A stretch of DNA of 40,928 nucleotides from Klebsormidium nitens (Eukaryota; Plantae; Klebsormidiophyceae). Positions 1-10,899 of the stretch are shown one piece after another. Numbering within the stretch: position 1 is the stretch's first letter; every line of letters starts with the position of its first letter. The translations under genes were made by a program, and so were the position numbers. The DNA is taken from contig DF237624.1 of NCBI GenBank assembly GCA_000708835.1, positions 6,138 through 47,065 on the forward strand, written 5' to 3'. The notes below the pieces were generated by a model, which made no database searches, was not told where the DNA came from, and saw only the letters and a list, made by a program, of their open reading frames with translations.

Positions 1-863
1 CACAAAAGTAGCCCACCAAACCAAGCGCCAGAGGAATTGGCCCCAAACGAGGCAATACAGAATCGGCCAAGGACTGAAATGGGCCTCACATAACTGTTGC
101 GCTCTGTATGAAGACTTGCAGCTCATTGTGTGCTTTGCAAAGCCATGCAAAGTCGGACTATCGGACAGAGTTCAAGGCAGGCACAATGATCTTCACTTCC
201 CACCCACCTTGGTTCGCTCAGAATGTTGGCCAGAGGAGGCCCCTACGCCAGACTGGGAACCGGACGCCCGGTTGAGAGGGGAATCAGCGGCCACTTGCTG
301 GTCCAAGCGGTCGCCATCAGCATCCTGCGAGTAAAGAGAACTTTAGTCATCTCTGTTTTCCAGCAATGGGGCACGTTACTCAGGCAGCATTGTCAGCGCA
401 TCTGCAAACAAGTAATCCTGGAGGGCCGTCAAGCAGCATTCTGGAGCACAAGCTTAGTCGCTCGGACCTGAATTGCTGTGTGTTGCATGGCTCGGCTCGA
501 GCAAGACAAGAAGCGATGCGCATAGTGAGAAAGACAGATGGTGGAACAATACCTGCAAAGCAGACTCGTCGTCCGCGTCCGATGCATGCGGTGCCATAGC
601 CGTCGTTCCCTGCACGTCAAAACCAAGTTGAATCCCTGATAGCACACCAAATTCGGAGATGCAGACTTCAGCTTGAAACAACTTGAAGGGCAAGTGGCTT
701 CTCCAAAATGAGCATGATCCAGAGTGATGTGCTCAACATCAAGCCAGTAACCTGAAAGAGCAAAGGGCAAGTGGCTTCTGCGGATTGAGTACGATCCAGA
801 ATTACGTGCTCAACTTCAAGCAAGTAATCTGGAAGAGCAAGGCACCACATGCAATCTGCTCAC

Positions 864-2351
864 CTGCTGATCCAGAGTACAGAGTCGCGTGGCCGGGATC
901 TCTTGCGCACAGTCGAGCATCACGGAGATGGACGACTGGACGAAGCAACGAATCAGCGGGCTCTCCGTTTTTCGCACCCGCAGCGTTGCCTGCCAGGCCG
1001 CCCGAGCCGTCGTGCTCATCTTGCACATATAGAGGAACTTGGTATGGAACTAAGGAATGTCAAAGTTCACGCCAGCCTCAACCGTGGGGCTGTACATGAG
1101 CAGTCGAACCTTCCAACTCTCTGCAACGTTCTTGAGGAGAGCAGTGGTTTCGCCCCCACTCAAGGCCTTGTGGATGAGGATGTCCGTGTCTGCGAGCCGA
1201 AGCGCATGGTGCGACGTGACCCGGTCCCGGATGCGGTCCAGGACCTTCGCGGACATGCTGACAACGACCACGTTCTTGCCAGCTGCGAGATCCTCGATGA
1301 TTCGATCCAACCACTTCTTCTCATCCTGACTGACACGGAACGTCAGAGGCACCTGCGCATAAAGCGGTTCAAGAAATGAGCGCGGTGTGGGCTGAATGTG
1401 GTGAGAGAGCATTTTTCACTGGCGCGTCCTTGATTCCAGAAGTGAACCGGCTGCGCTATGAAACACAACTTCCATTAGTACTTAAGTGACGGTATGGCCG
1501 GGCCCCATAACTGGTTTAAGAGGTGCTGCATCTAAGGTGATCAACGCAACACACTTGCTTAGGGGAACTCAAGGAAAGGGCCTGGCAGAAGGCCCGAGAT
1601 TTCTGATTCGCAATTCCGCTCCGACCCTCTCAGGTGCACCAAGGGAGCGGCCAAAGCAAGGCATGCTGCATTCTGGGCACTTCAAAGCACACAGCATCCG
1701 AACAGGCCAGAATTTCAGCAGTACTCCTTTCAATGCTGGCAACACTAATCAGACGGGATTTTCGAGGGGCTTACCGCTGCCCTTCTTGTGTTGATGACGA
1801 GCTTCCCGGGCACGTGAGCAAGCTGAAAGAAGTCGTGCTCCCGCTGCCCGTACCCATCGTCCATGGCCAAAACGCGCTTCGCCCGCTGCACAATCTCCAG
1901 GAACAGCTCACTGGTCTCCATCCCGTTCCTCACGGTCGCCGCGGAGAGGTGCGCCAGGATGCTCGCCACCTCGTCAAGGATCACGAGATCGAACGGGGCC
2001 ACCTCGCCAATGCTGCCCCGCCGGAGGTTTAGGAGGCTGTCCACCTGAACAACGATTTCAGGAAAGTCCTTTCGAGACTGCAGAGCCGTTAGAAGGTTGT
2101 GCTTGTTGTCAGGATCCGGGAACCACACGTTCTTGTGATCGTAGTCGGCCTTCAGGTCGAGGTAGTTTGCAGTGCGGGGAAAGCGCGCTTTGAGGTCTTG
2201 AGCCTGGGCCACTCGGTACGTGATCATGATCGACGTGTGGGCGCGGCCGCTCGCTTGCCAGAGCTCGTCCCCAACCGCCCCGCAGAACACCGTCTTGCCA
2301 GTGTTCACGCCCGACCGGATGCCGAGCAAGCGGAATCTGCCCTCGATCCAC
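864..2351 (-). CDS. UL9/origin-binding-protein-like SF2 helicase domain, left copy (exons 2351-1775 and 1352-864)
   Basis: Walker A RSGVNTGKT, motif Ia ITYRVAQA, Walker B LVILDEVASILAHL, motif III AMDD, and LLMYSPTVEAGVNFD. It aligns with the right copy throughout. TAG at 1050-1052 sits where the right copy has Trp. Confidence 0.85.
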
Positions 2352-2965
2352 CTGCACGTGTCGACCACGGAGTTGTCAACACGACCTGACACACTCTGAG
2401 GAAGGAAATAGGCCAACGTTCTCAACAAAGGTTGGCTATGCAGTGGCCTCTTGTTTCGAACGTGTCGATTCCACTGGCAACCAGCTCCGAATGGTAGGTA
2501 AGCGTTCAGAAATTTGTGTATACGGCCTGAAATTGAAAGCTTGCAGCCCTGCGTTGATCTTAGTGCGTTGATCTTAGAACAGACACGTGCCATTAAATAG
2601 TGGTCGCAAATGCCTTGAAAGGAGGACACGTGACAGGAGGACACGTGACAGGAGGACGATCGTCAGGTTTTGCGCACACACTTATGGCAAAAAAAGAAAA
2701 CCTGGTGGGAAAAAGGAGCCCTGGCAGTAGGTGGGCGCCAAGGAGCGCCCGCTGATACAGCACGCAATCATGAAAATAGACACATGGTACAAGAAAAGCT
2801 CCTTGTAAAGGTGAGCGCCCCGGAAGCGCCGCAAGTCTCGCAACACGTTCCATGTTGTCCCCAATTTTCGCCACGTGGGTTTGCGGCCGAAACCAGAGCT
2901 TGCCAACCTAGCAGATTCTGAAAGCTTGTCACATCACAATACCTACTCATTTGGCGACTACTTAC

Positions 2966-3491
2966 TCGTTGGCGACGGTGTTTAGCTTCATCAGATCGTT
3001 CGGCATCCTCCGCCCCGCTGCTACTTCGGCCACGAGCTCAGGGGTCGACGCGCCAGGGACACGCGTCAGGTGCTCCATGTCTACCTTGACGGCGCCCGTC
3101 TCGTACGAGATGTTGTCCTCGAACAGGTCCCCTAGGCAGTATGCCCTCTCGACACAGGGAACGTCCGAGTCCCCACCCTCAGTGTTTTGGCTGAAACACA
3201 GAGCATAGATCTTGCCGTTTGGGTTGAGGTGACAGGTTATATTCTGGCGGTTCTCGTGATCCGACCCGTGTAGCACGGCTCCGTCCGATCGCTGTAATTA
3301 TAGCGATCTGGGCCCTCCTCGTAAGCGCTAGGGTGCAAGCGCTCCCTGAGCAGCGCTAGCATGCGGGCCTTGACGAACTCCTCGTTCTTCGAGCTGCGCT
3401 CTGTGCCCCGTTCGGACATGACACGAGGGTTGCTGAACTTCTCGTGGAGCCTTTGGGGCACTTCGAATGGCAGCTTGACCTCGTCACGGGC
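2966..3491 (-). CDS. Exon encoding the primase-associated Cys/His (Zn-binding-like) segment, frameshifted
   Basis: EPCYTGR-x-HENRQNITC...YALCFS...C aligns with right-copy EPCYTRHTHSGGRDLLC...FAKCSS...CC only if one base is restored at ~3259. The exon is 526 nt, and 527 nt is needed to satisfy the flanking splice phases. Confidence 0.7.
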
Positions 3492-3789
3492 CTGCAGTAC
3501 AGCACGAAGGCAGCTGATTACAAGCGCATTCGTGCCAAAACTAAGTCGCCCTGTCAAAATGTGAGGAGGAAGCCGAGAAGAAGGTCAAGACAATTCGTCA
3601 ATCAGAGGAAGCCTTGCACTGTCGTGCTGCAAAAAACCGTGTGCATCAAAGGCAACGAATCCCCTAAGCTTCACAGCTGTTGAGAATCGAAAACGAGGAG
3701 TGCGCCTCAAGCAAGGTCCTTCATTCTGCAATTGTGAAGGCCGCGCTTCAAGAAAAGACTGCTCAGACTTGCCGCAAAATCCACAGTTT

Positions 3790-3864
3790 GTACCAAGAAC
3801 GCTGTATTTACTTTCTTGAGAATCTAATGGGCCTCTTCTAGTACATCCTGCGGGTATGGCCGGG
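3790..3864 (-). repeat. Solitary family-A cassette, inverted, in the intron between the AEP and Zn exons
   Basis: gtaccaagaac...ttctagtac followed by tatggccggg, the reverse complement of the array unit. Confidence 0.8.
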
Positions 3865-3997
3865 TAGCCCATCAAGCGCAAAATCCGCTTCGAAGCAGGA
3901 AGGGCCGTATAAATTCTGAAGAAGTAACAGGCCTGAGAGAAGAACCCTGAGAGATGACCGACCTAGCGAGTGGCGAGTGTGGATCTTGGGCGCTCAC

Positions 3998-4874
3998 CTC
4001 GGGGGGCTCCAGCCAAGTCACCAGAGCGTCCTTCCAGGAATGGGCCGGATCGATGTACGACAGGACGCTCTCCGGCTTCTCGACCTTGGCGCTCCCCGGC
4101 GTCCGCCACTCGCGGTCCTTTGTGTACACGTTCAGGTCGATGAGAGCCGCGACCGCAGGATCAAACTGAAGCGCCCTCTTCTTGAGGCGCCTCGCAAAGT
4201 GGAGAGCCCCCTCAGTGTTGGAGCCGAAGACAAGTTGACGGGGAGACAGCTGGTTGATCGTGAGGTGGAGACTGAACTTGGTCTGGCCCGGGCTCTCGAT
4301 CCAGACGAAGCTGCTCGGATGCAGCTCACAGTCGTACTGTTCCTTGAAGACGACACCGGCCCACTTCTCAATGATCCGAATCACTTCCTCCGCCCCGTAC
4401 CTCTCCCCATCCTCAACCACCTCCCCGTCCGCTCCGACCACCGGTTGGCGCCTAAAAGGGAGTCCGTCCGTGCCGTCCAGATCGAGGTAGGGTTTGCAGG
4501 GCTTTCCGTTCTGGATGATCTCGGTCACCGACCCGTGCCGCCCCTCTAGATGCGACCGCGCTGTCTCCCAATCGGGGTACGAACCGAAGCTGCGCCACGG
4601 AACCCTCACCCCGTCTACGACCGCGCCGGACCACTTGTGCAGGACCACCTGCGCCTCGTGGTTCAAGAGCGCCGCCTCCTGCTGCATGAAGAACTTTGGG
4701 CCGGGGAGGCGGCCCCTTGGGTTGGCCCCTCTCTGATGGAAGCAGTTGGTGCCGTGCTCCCGCACACGCAGCACCCGGAACCCGTCCTTCTTGAAGACCT
4801 CGTTGCCAGTCAGCGGGTCAGAGTGCACCGCAGGCTCAGGCACCGCCGCAAGGTCCTCGCGCGCCACTGGAGGT
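3998..4874 (-). CDS. Archaeo-eukaryotic primase (PrimPol/NCLDV-herpes primase-like) domain, left copy
   Basis: Motif I PCKPYLDLD, motif II KFSLHLTI, motif III LIDLNVYTKDREWRTPGSAK. GC-rich exon with clean splice sites. Confidence 0.85.
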
Positions 4875-5285
4875 CTGCATAAGCGATGTAGGAACATTCA
4901 AAACGCTGCAACACTGGCTTGCCTTCGACCGTGCTCATGAATGAGTAAAACGTCAAATTTCCTGTGCAAGTGACACTTGTTGAGATAAGTTTATGTTAGT
5001 GGACGGGTTTGTGGTGCGCCAAAAAGCCTCGCTGACCATGCCTCTCCAATTACAGAGAATGATTGAGGAAGCAGATTCTGAAGCACCGCAGCACTCAACG
5101 AGCCGGCCGACCTTCTAGCAATGCACGCGGATACATGTCGGCAAAGAGAGGATGACAGACTTATTCCTCGGACATGTTGGATGGCAGATACTGGCTGATG
5201 TACACTTTGCACCATCCGAGTGATACAGATTTTCGACAGGGTATGGACGGCCCCAGCTTCCGACCATCCAGCGCACCATGGGGAT

Positions 5286-5368
5286 GTACCAAGAAACGCT
5301 GAATTACTTTAAAAGATTCTAACGGGTCCTTTCTTGGTACACCTTCAAGTTGCAGAGTATGGCCGGCC
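5286..5368 (-). repeat. Solitary family-A cassette, inverted, in the intron before the AEP exon
   Basis: gtaccaagaaa...tttcttggtac (perfect 11-bp inverted repeat) followed by tatggccggccc. Confidence 0.85.
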
Positions 5369-5490
5369 CAACTTTTAAGCATCCAGCGCACCCTGCAGAC
5401 ATCGGGCAGCCCAAGATAAGTGCAAGTAAACTGCAAACCCCACTGAACCTACAAAGTTTAGAACAATCTTGGCAAAGGGTAGCTACTTAC

Positions 5491-5774
5491 ACAGAGGTCG
5501 CTGGCGCTTCATCCGGGGCTCGCCTCCTCTGCATCTCCCTCCGCATGGGCGCTAGCGCTAGCGCCTCATCCAAGGTCTCGTCCCCCTCGAGCCGAGCTGC
5601 CGCTTCCTCCATCTCCATCTGCCGGTACAGATCCCGCATTTCAGCGTCCGGCACCGCCGAGTCGTCGATGCCCCGGTCATCCTCGGATGTGGGCTCTTCG
5701 TCGGACTCGGTCTCGTCTGATGTCTCTTCGATGTCGAAAGAGGCACCCTCTTGATCAGACGTCGCGGCAGCTTC
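5491..5774 (-). CDS. Acidic low-complexity exon upstream of the primase exon
   Basis: GC-rich D/E-rich frame (EETSDETESDEEPTSEDD) with a ttgcag acceptor. Its phase-2 gtaagt donor matches the phase-2 acceptor of the AEP exon. Confidence 0.6.
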
Positions 5775-6111
5775 CTGCAAGGAACGCCAACGGATCAATT
5801 CATGGACGCTGCTCAATTGCGGTCGGCAAAAGCTGGCAATAGGGATCTGCTCGCAGAGAATGGTGAGCCCAAGGCAAAACATGCCTGGCGCCGGGTTCGG
5901 CCTGATCATGCCTCACTGCCTCTCCTCAAACGCGCACGCAGCATCCCGGTCCGTATCCTAGTACCGCTAGGCGCCGGAGAGCTCTCCCTGCTCGGGGCCG
6001 TCCTCTTCCGACGCCCGACCTCCTGCATCCAAGCATCAGGACACTCCCGTTTCAGTGCAGGGCTCTCCTGAACTTAGGGAAACACCTCGGCGCTCAAAGG
6101 TCATCATAATC

Positions 6112-6651
6112 ATGGGCTGTGAAACCGAGTTCACGGGCAGCTTCGCTCTTTCACGCCCTCTGACCGCCGAGGAGAGCGCAATTTTGAAGGCTGTGCACGA
6201 CTACCGCCCTCAGGATGGCTTGAAGCTACCCTCTGCGGCTCCGGGTCAAGAGCGCCCGGTCAAGATCGTGCGGAAGGGAGTCAACCCCTACTACGGTGGG
6301 GAGGGATGGCACATCTTCAAAGAATTTCCCTCCTTCGACTGCCGTTGGACCGTCTCACGCGACAGGCGCGCACTTGTCTGGGACGAGAAGGGTCCCTTCT
6401 ACAACTACGTCAGCTGGCTCGAGTACCTCATCTCCCATTTCTTTGCGGTCTGGGGAGTACAGCTGAGCGGGACCGTCACGTTGAGGGGTAACTGTTTGGG
6501 CGACACGGGGTCAATCGCGGTGAAAGGCTACCAGATCTTCGTCAAGATGACCCCAATCGTGGCAGTGCGTATCGCTGAGGAATCATACGACTACCCGAAC
6601 GAGGCATTTTTCGACTACACAAAGGGGGAGAGACTTTTATACTCACCGTAG
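6112..6651 (+). CDS. Intronless hypothetical protein of a phage/bacterial-type family, tandem copy 1
   Basis: MGCETEFTGSFALSRPLT...PSFDCRW...LVWDEKGPFYNYVSWLEYLISHFFAVWGVQLSGTV. It closely resembles the adjacent paralog. Family assignment is from recall and is unverified. Confidence 0.7.
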   Translation: MGCETEFTGSFALSRPLTAEESAILKAVHDYRPQDGLKLPSAAPGQERPVKIVRKGVNPYYGGEGWHIFKEFPSFDCRWTVSRDRRALVWDEKGPFYNYVSWLEYLISHFFAVWGVQLSGTVTLRGNCLGDTGSIAVKGYQIFVKMTPIVAVRIAEESYDYPNEAFFDYTKGERLLYSP

Positions 6652-6836
6652 GCGCAACCTCAGTAGCAACGGAGCGAGGCTGGCTGTCAGAATGCGGGTC
6701 GCTGCTGGAAGGGCCCGTCTCCTGCGAGACAACGAGGGGATGAAGGGTTCAGGGACAAAGGGTCCCGCGGACGATCCGATTTCGACCATGGACACAGGCT
6801 TAGGGAAACGCTTTGGCCCTCTTAGGGCATCGAATC

Positions 6837-7301
6837 ATGGGCTACGACACAAAGTTCACCGGCCGCTTTGCCTTTTCCCGCCCCTTGACTGCCGAAGAGA
6901 GTGCGACCTTGGCAGCAGTGCACGAACACTGTCACGAGGACGACCTAGAGCTACCTTATGTAGCTCTTGAGATTCGCCCAGTCAAGATCGAGCGAGAGGT
7001 GATCAAGCCCTTGTATGTGGGCGAGGGCTTCGACTACTTAACAGAAAAGTTCCCCTCTTTCTACTGCCAATGGACGCTGTCACCCAACAGGCGAGCTCTT
7101 GTCTGGGACAAAGGGGAAAAATTCTACGATTACGTGAGCTGGCTCGAATACCTCATCTCTCACTTTTTCGCCGTATGGGGAGTGCAGCTGAGCGGGACTG
7201 TCAAGTGGAAGGGAGTCAGTCGGGGCGACAGGGGTTCGATCAAGGTCGAGGGTGATAAGATTCTTGTCAAGATGCCTCTAGCCAAGAAGGACTCACCGTA
7301 G
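6837..7301 (+). CDS. Intronless hypothetical protein of a phage/bacterial-type family, tandem copy 2
   Basis: MGYDTKFTGRFAFSRPLT...PSFYCQW...LVWDKGEKFYDYVSWLEYLISHFFAVWGVQLSGTVKWKG. Upstream (ttagggaaac) and downstream (ctcaccgtag...) flanks are shared with copy 1. Confidence 0.75.
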   Translation: MGYDTKFTGRFAFSRPLTAEESATLAAVHEHCHEDDLELPYVALEIRPVKIEREVIKPLYVGEGFDYLTEKFPSFYCQWTLSPNRRALVWDKGEKFYDYVSWLEYLISHFFAVWGVQLSGTVKWKGVSRGDRGSIKVEGDKILVKMPLAKKDSP

Positions 7302-7439
7302 GTGTCCGCTCTGTAGCAGCGGGACGGGGATTGCTGGTAGGATGCGGGCCGCTGAAGGAGGGGCCTGTGACCTGCAGGACAAATGAAGGCAAGGGGCTTA
7401 GGGGCAGATCGAGTAGAGTAGAGAAGGCAACTTCAAACG

Positions 7440-7839
7440 ATGGAATGGTACAACGATGACGGTGCGGTCCGTTTGACTGAGCAGATCAAGAGTGCCTTTG
7501 CTCTTGGCGCCATCACGGACCCAGACACTCTAAGGGCAGCATCGATCTTTCACGATGTAGCCGCATGTGCAATCACACGCCTCTGCAGGAAAGAGCACGT
7601 GCATCGACTTGAGGGAAATATCCTGGCCGTGGCTATTTCGATGGTTCATGCAAGCGGGGGGTTTCGTGGCCTGGTCGATCGACGATGTTAGTGAATTCTT
7701 CGACGAGTTTCTGAACAGTGAAGTGGGCAGATTCGAGGAGTTCAAAGGCCAGCTTTCCAAGCGCATATGCCGCGTGGCGATTGAGGAATGTAAGATACTC
7801 GCCTCCCGGGCGACGCCTGGCGCAGTGAACGGCTCTTGA
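7440..7839 (+). pseudogene. Possible ~130-aa orphan ORF split by a 1-bp insertion in a G6 run
   Basis: ORF 7440-7691 joins the frame of ORF 7567-7839 (SGGFVAWSIDDVSEFFDEFL) if one G is removed near 7655-7660. No recognisable domain. Confidence 0.3.
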
Positions 7840-8312
7840 CCCTGCGGGTGACCCGCTTGCACTGCCGAGAGCGCCATCGCCTCTGCCACCCAGTTCGGAT
7901 TCGATTGCTGAGTGAAGAAAGGAGTGCGCAAAGAATCAGGTTGCGATCAATCGACTCCTCACATATGCCAGCTCTCAATACGGATGGGTGCAGATGAATG
8001 GGCGTGCTCAATGACAGCATCTCACACATGTGGGACCACGACAGCGACTGGAACTCACGCTTGCTTGCCACGTAGCAAATGGCTCGGTGCTGACTGGCTT
8101 TGACCTGACGCTTTCCTGAACCTCCTGCATGACATGGATTGCCAAATTATTCGTCATACTTGAATCACCCGGTCTATATCGACACTTTGCGGATGCCCGT
8201 GAGAAGGGGCATGGTGATTTTGGGGAGTGGCACTTGTAGCCTGGCGGTACTTTGTGTCATCCTGGGATGGAGGCATGAGGCAGAAAGCAATTTTTGCCTG
8301 CAAATAACTCAC

Positions 8313-8425
8313 CTCCGCGGTCGGAAGCTGAATCAGGGGCCGCCCGCGTGAGCTGCTCGGGGCGTTGGGGTCGTGTGTGGGCCACCCCGGGTTGCTTTCG
8401 ATGCCCCCGATCATCAGTTGTGTCA
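8313..8425 (-). other. Exon with a degenerate 2A-like sequence (V)TQLMIGGIESNPGWP
   Basis: Direct translation. It has the same splice phases (1 to 0) and a similar preceding exon end (SKSRALI vs SKSLI) as the NPGP exon at 22510-22565. Confidence 0.7.
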
Positions 8426-8799
8426 CTGCATCGCACCAAAGGGATCCCTCAATCAATCGTGCTCAGAATGGCATGCCCTGAAGAAGCCAGACTCGCGCAT
8501 TCAAAGTTTGATCGTGCCCAGAATGGCAAGCCTTCAAGTCGGACCCGTGCATTTGCTGTCTTATCAGCAAAGCCACTTGAAGCCTCTGCTTGCCAATGAA
8601 TGCTAGAGATCTGCCACCATACCTATTAGTGCCCTGCTCTTTGATGCCGAAGAGTAGTAGACCTTGTCCGACCCGCACTCGTACGCTGGAAATCCTGCGC
8701 GAGCAGAACGTTGGCAGGTAAGATTCAAGAGACATGCCACAATTTCAGCGGTTCTTACAAAGACAAGGCTCGCGGCGCTGCAGAGGCGCACACTGTTTT

Positions 8800-10450
8800 G
8801 AAGGGCCCGGCCATGCCCTGCAAGATGTACCAGAAAAGGCCCATTAGATTCTTTATAAAGTAATATAGCTTTTCGTGGTACACATGGGTTGTGCGCCGGA
8901 TGGTCGGACCATGCGCTTGATGGGCCACTGGCCAGCCCGGCCATGCCCTGCAGGATGTACCAGGAAAACGCCCGTTAGATTCTAAAGAAAGTAATAAAGT
9001 ATTTTTTGGTACACCCTCATTGTGCATCGGATGGTCGTACCCTGCGCTGATTAGCCAGCCCGGCCATGCCCTGCAGGATGTACCAGGAAAACGCCCATTA
9101 GATTCTAAAGAAAGTAATACAGCATTTCGTGGTACACCCTCACTGTGCGCCCGGATGGTCGNNNNNNNNNNNNNNNNNNNNNNNNNNNNNNNNNNNNNNN
9201 NNNNNNNNNNNNNNNNNNNNNNNNNNNNNNNNNNNNNNNNNNNNNNNNNNNNNNNNNNNNNNNNNNNNNNNNNNNNNNNNNNNNNNNNNNNNNNNNNNNN
9301 NNNNNNNNNNNNNNNNNNNNNNNNNNNNNNNNNNNNNNNNNNNNNNNNNNNNNNNNNNNNNNNNNNNNNNNNNNNNNNNNNNNNNNNNNNNNNNNNNNNN
9401 NNNNNNNNNNNNNNNNNNNNNNNNNNNNNNNNNNNNNNNNNNNNNNNNNNNNNNNNNNNNNNNNNNNNNNNNNNNNNNNNNNNNNNNNNNNNNNNNNNNN
9501 NNNNNNNNNNNNNNNNNNNNNNNNNNNNNNNNNNNNNNNNNNNNNNNNNNNNNNNNNNNNNNNNNNNNNNNNNNNNNNNNNNNNNNNNNNNNNNNNNNNN
9601 NNNNNNNNNNNNNNNNNNNNNNNNNNNNNNNNNNNNNNNNNNNNNNNNNNNNNNNNNNNNNNNNNNNNNNNNNNNNNNNNNNNNNNNNNNNNNNNNNNNN
9701 NNNNNNNNNNNNNNNNNNNNNNNNNNNNNNNNNNNNNNNNNNNNNNNNNNNNNNNNNNNNNNNNNNNNNNNNNNNNNNNNNNNNNNNNNNNNNNNNNNNN
9801 NNNNNNNNNNNNNNNNNNNNNNNNNNNNNNNNNNNNNNTTGTGCGCCGGATGGTCGGACCTTGCGCTTGATGGGCCAGGCCGGCCATACCCTGCAAGATG
9901 TACCAGGAAAAACGCCCATTAGATTCTTCAGAAAGTAATACAGCGTTTCTTGGTACGCCTGGATTGTGCGCCGGATGGTCGGACCCTGCGCTTGATGGGC
10001 CAACCCGGCCATACCCCGCAGGATGTACCAAGAAACGCCCTGTAGATTCTTAGAAAGCAATACAGCACTTCTTGGTACTCGAGTGCTCCCAAGCTGCTCC
10101 GCGCGCTGAACAACCACACACTGTTTAAGGGGCCAGCAGGGTTAACCAAGAAACGCCCTATAGATTCTTAAAGAGTAATACAGTATTTCATGGTACACGA
10201 GCCCTCCCAGGCTGCTCCGCACGCACACCCCGACACACAGTTCAAGGGGCCGGCCATACCCTGCAAAATGCACTTGGCCATACCCCACCAAAAGTTTGAG
10301 GGGCCCCTGCCAGCAGCCATACCTTGCAAAAACGTATCGAGAAACGCCCATTTGATTCTTAGGAAGTAATACAGCCTTTCTTGGTACACACCCCCGCACT
10401 CTGCAAGGCATCGCACCGTTCTGAGGGGCCCGACCAGACGTACCAAGATG
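8800..10450 (+). repeat. Tandem array of family-A inverted-repeat cassettes (~123-130 bp period), interrupted by an assembly gap
   Basis: Each unit has a CCGGCCATRCCC leader plus a ~55-bp core GTACCARGAAA...TTTCYTGGTAC. Cores at 8827-8881, 8957-9012, 9080-9135, 9900-9956, 10025-10078, ~10142-10196 and ~10334-10387. Confidence 0.9.
9162..9838. other. Assembly gap inside the family-A tandem array
   Basis: Run of N flanked on both sides by repeat units. Confidence 0.99.
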
Positions 10451-10899
10451 TACCAGAGAGGGCCAGGAATCTGATGTTTGAGGTGGGAGATGCAGGCATC
10501 TGTCACGAGGGGGCGCGCATGAGTCTAGGTAGTCGAAAGGGCGGGTTTGCCGCTCACCTTGGAACGCGCTCCTCACCAGCACGCTCCTAGTGGCAGTGGG
10601 CTGTGCCGCAAACGTGGCGCTCCTGCGTGACAGCGCGCACAGACCCTCTGCGCGGTGGACGGGAGGCTGCCCGGGCTGCGCCTCGTCACTGGCGGCGTGC
10701 TGATGGCAGGCTGCGCCAAGACTGCAGTCCGACTCAGAGTGGTCCCCAGTCGCACAGCGGGGGCCAGTGGTTGGGTCCAGGCTGTCGTTGACGTCGCAGT
10801 CAGCGCGCGCAACCCCTACAAGCGCTCGATGGGTCAGAAATGTTGGTCACGTGCAATCGACCGGGCGCCAAGTACCCTGCTCGAGACACTGCCGGCAGC

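Noticed and set aside
1050-1052. Programmed stop-codon readthrough or an alternative genetic code for the in-frame TAGs
   Set aside because: TAG is used as a normal terminator at 6651, 7301, 26397 and 35869, and the same gene has an independent frameshift.
3977-4882. Plus-strand ORFs of 110-190 aa
   Set aside because: They are antisense shadows of the AEP exon.
9020-10117. Long ORFs of 241-325 aa
   Set aside because: They are artefacts of translating through N runs and repeat DNA.
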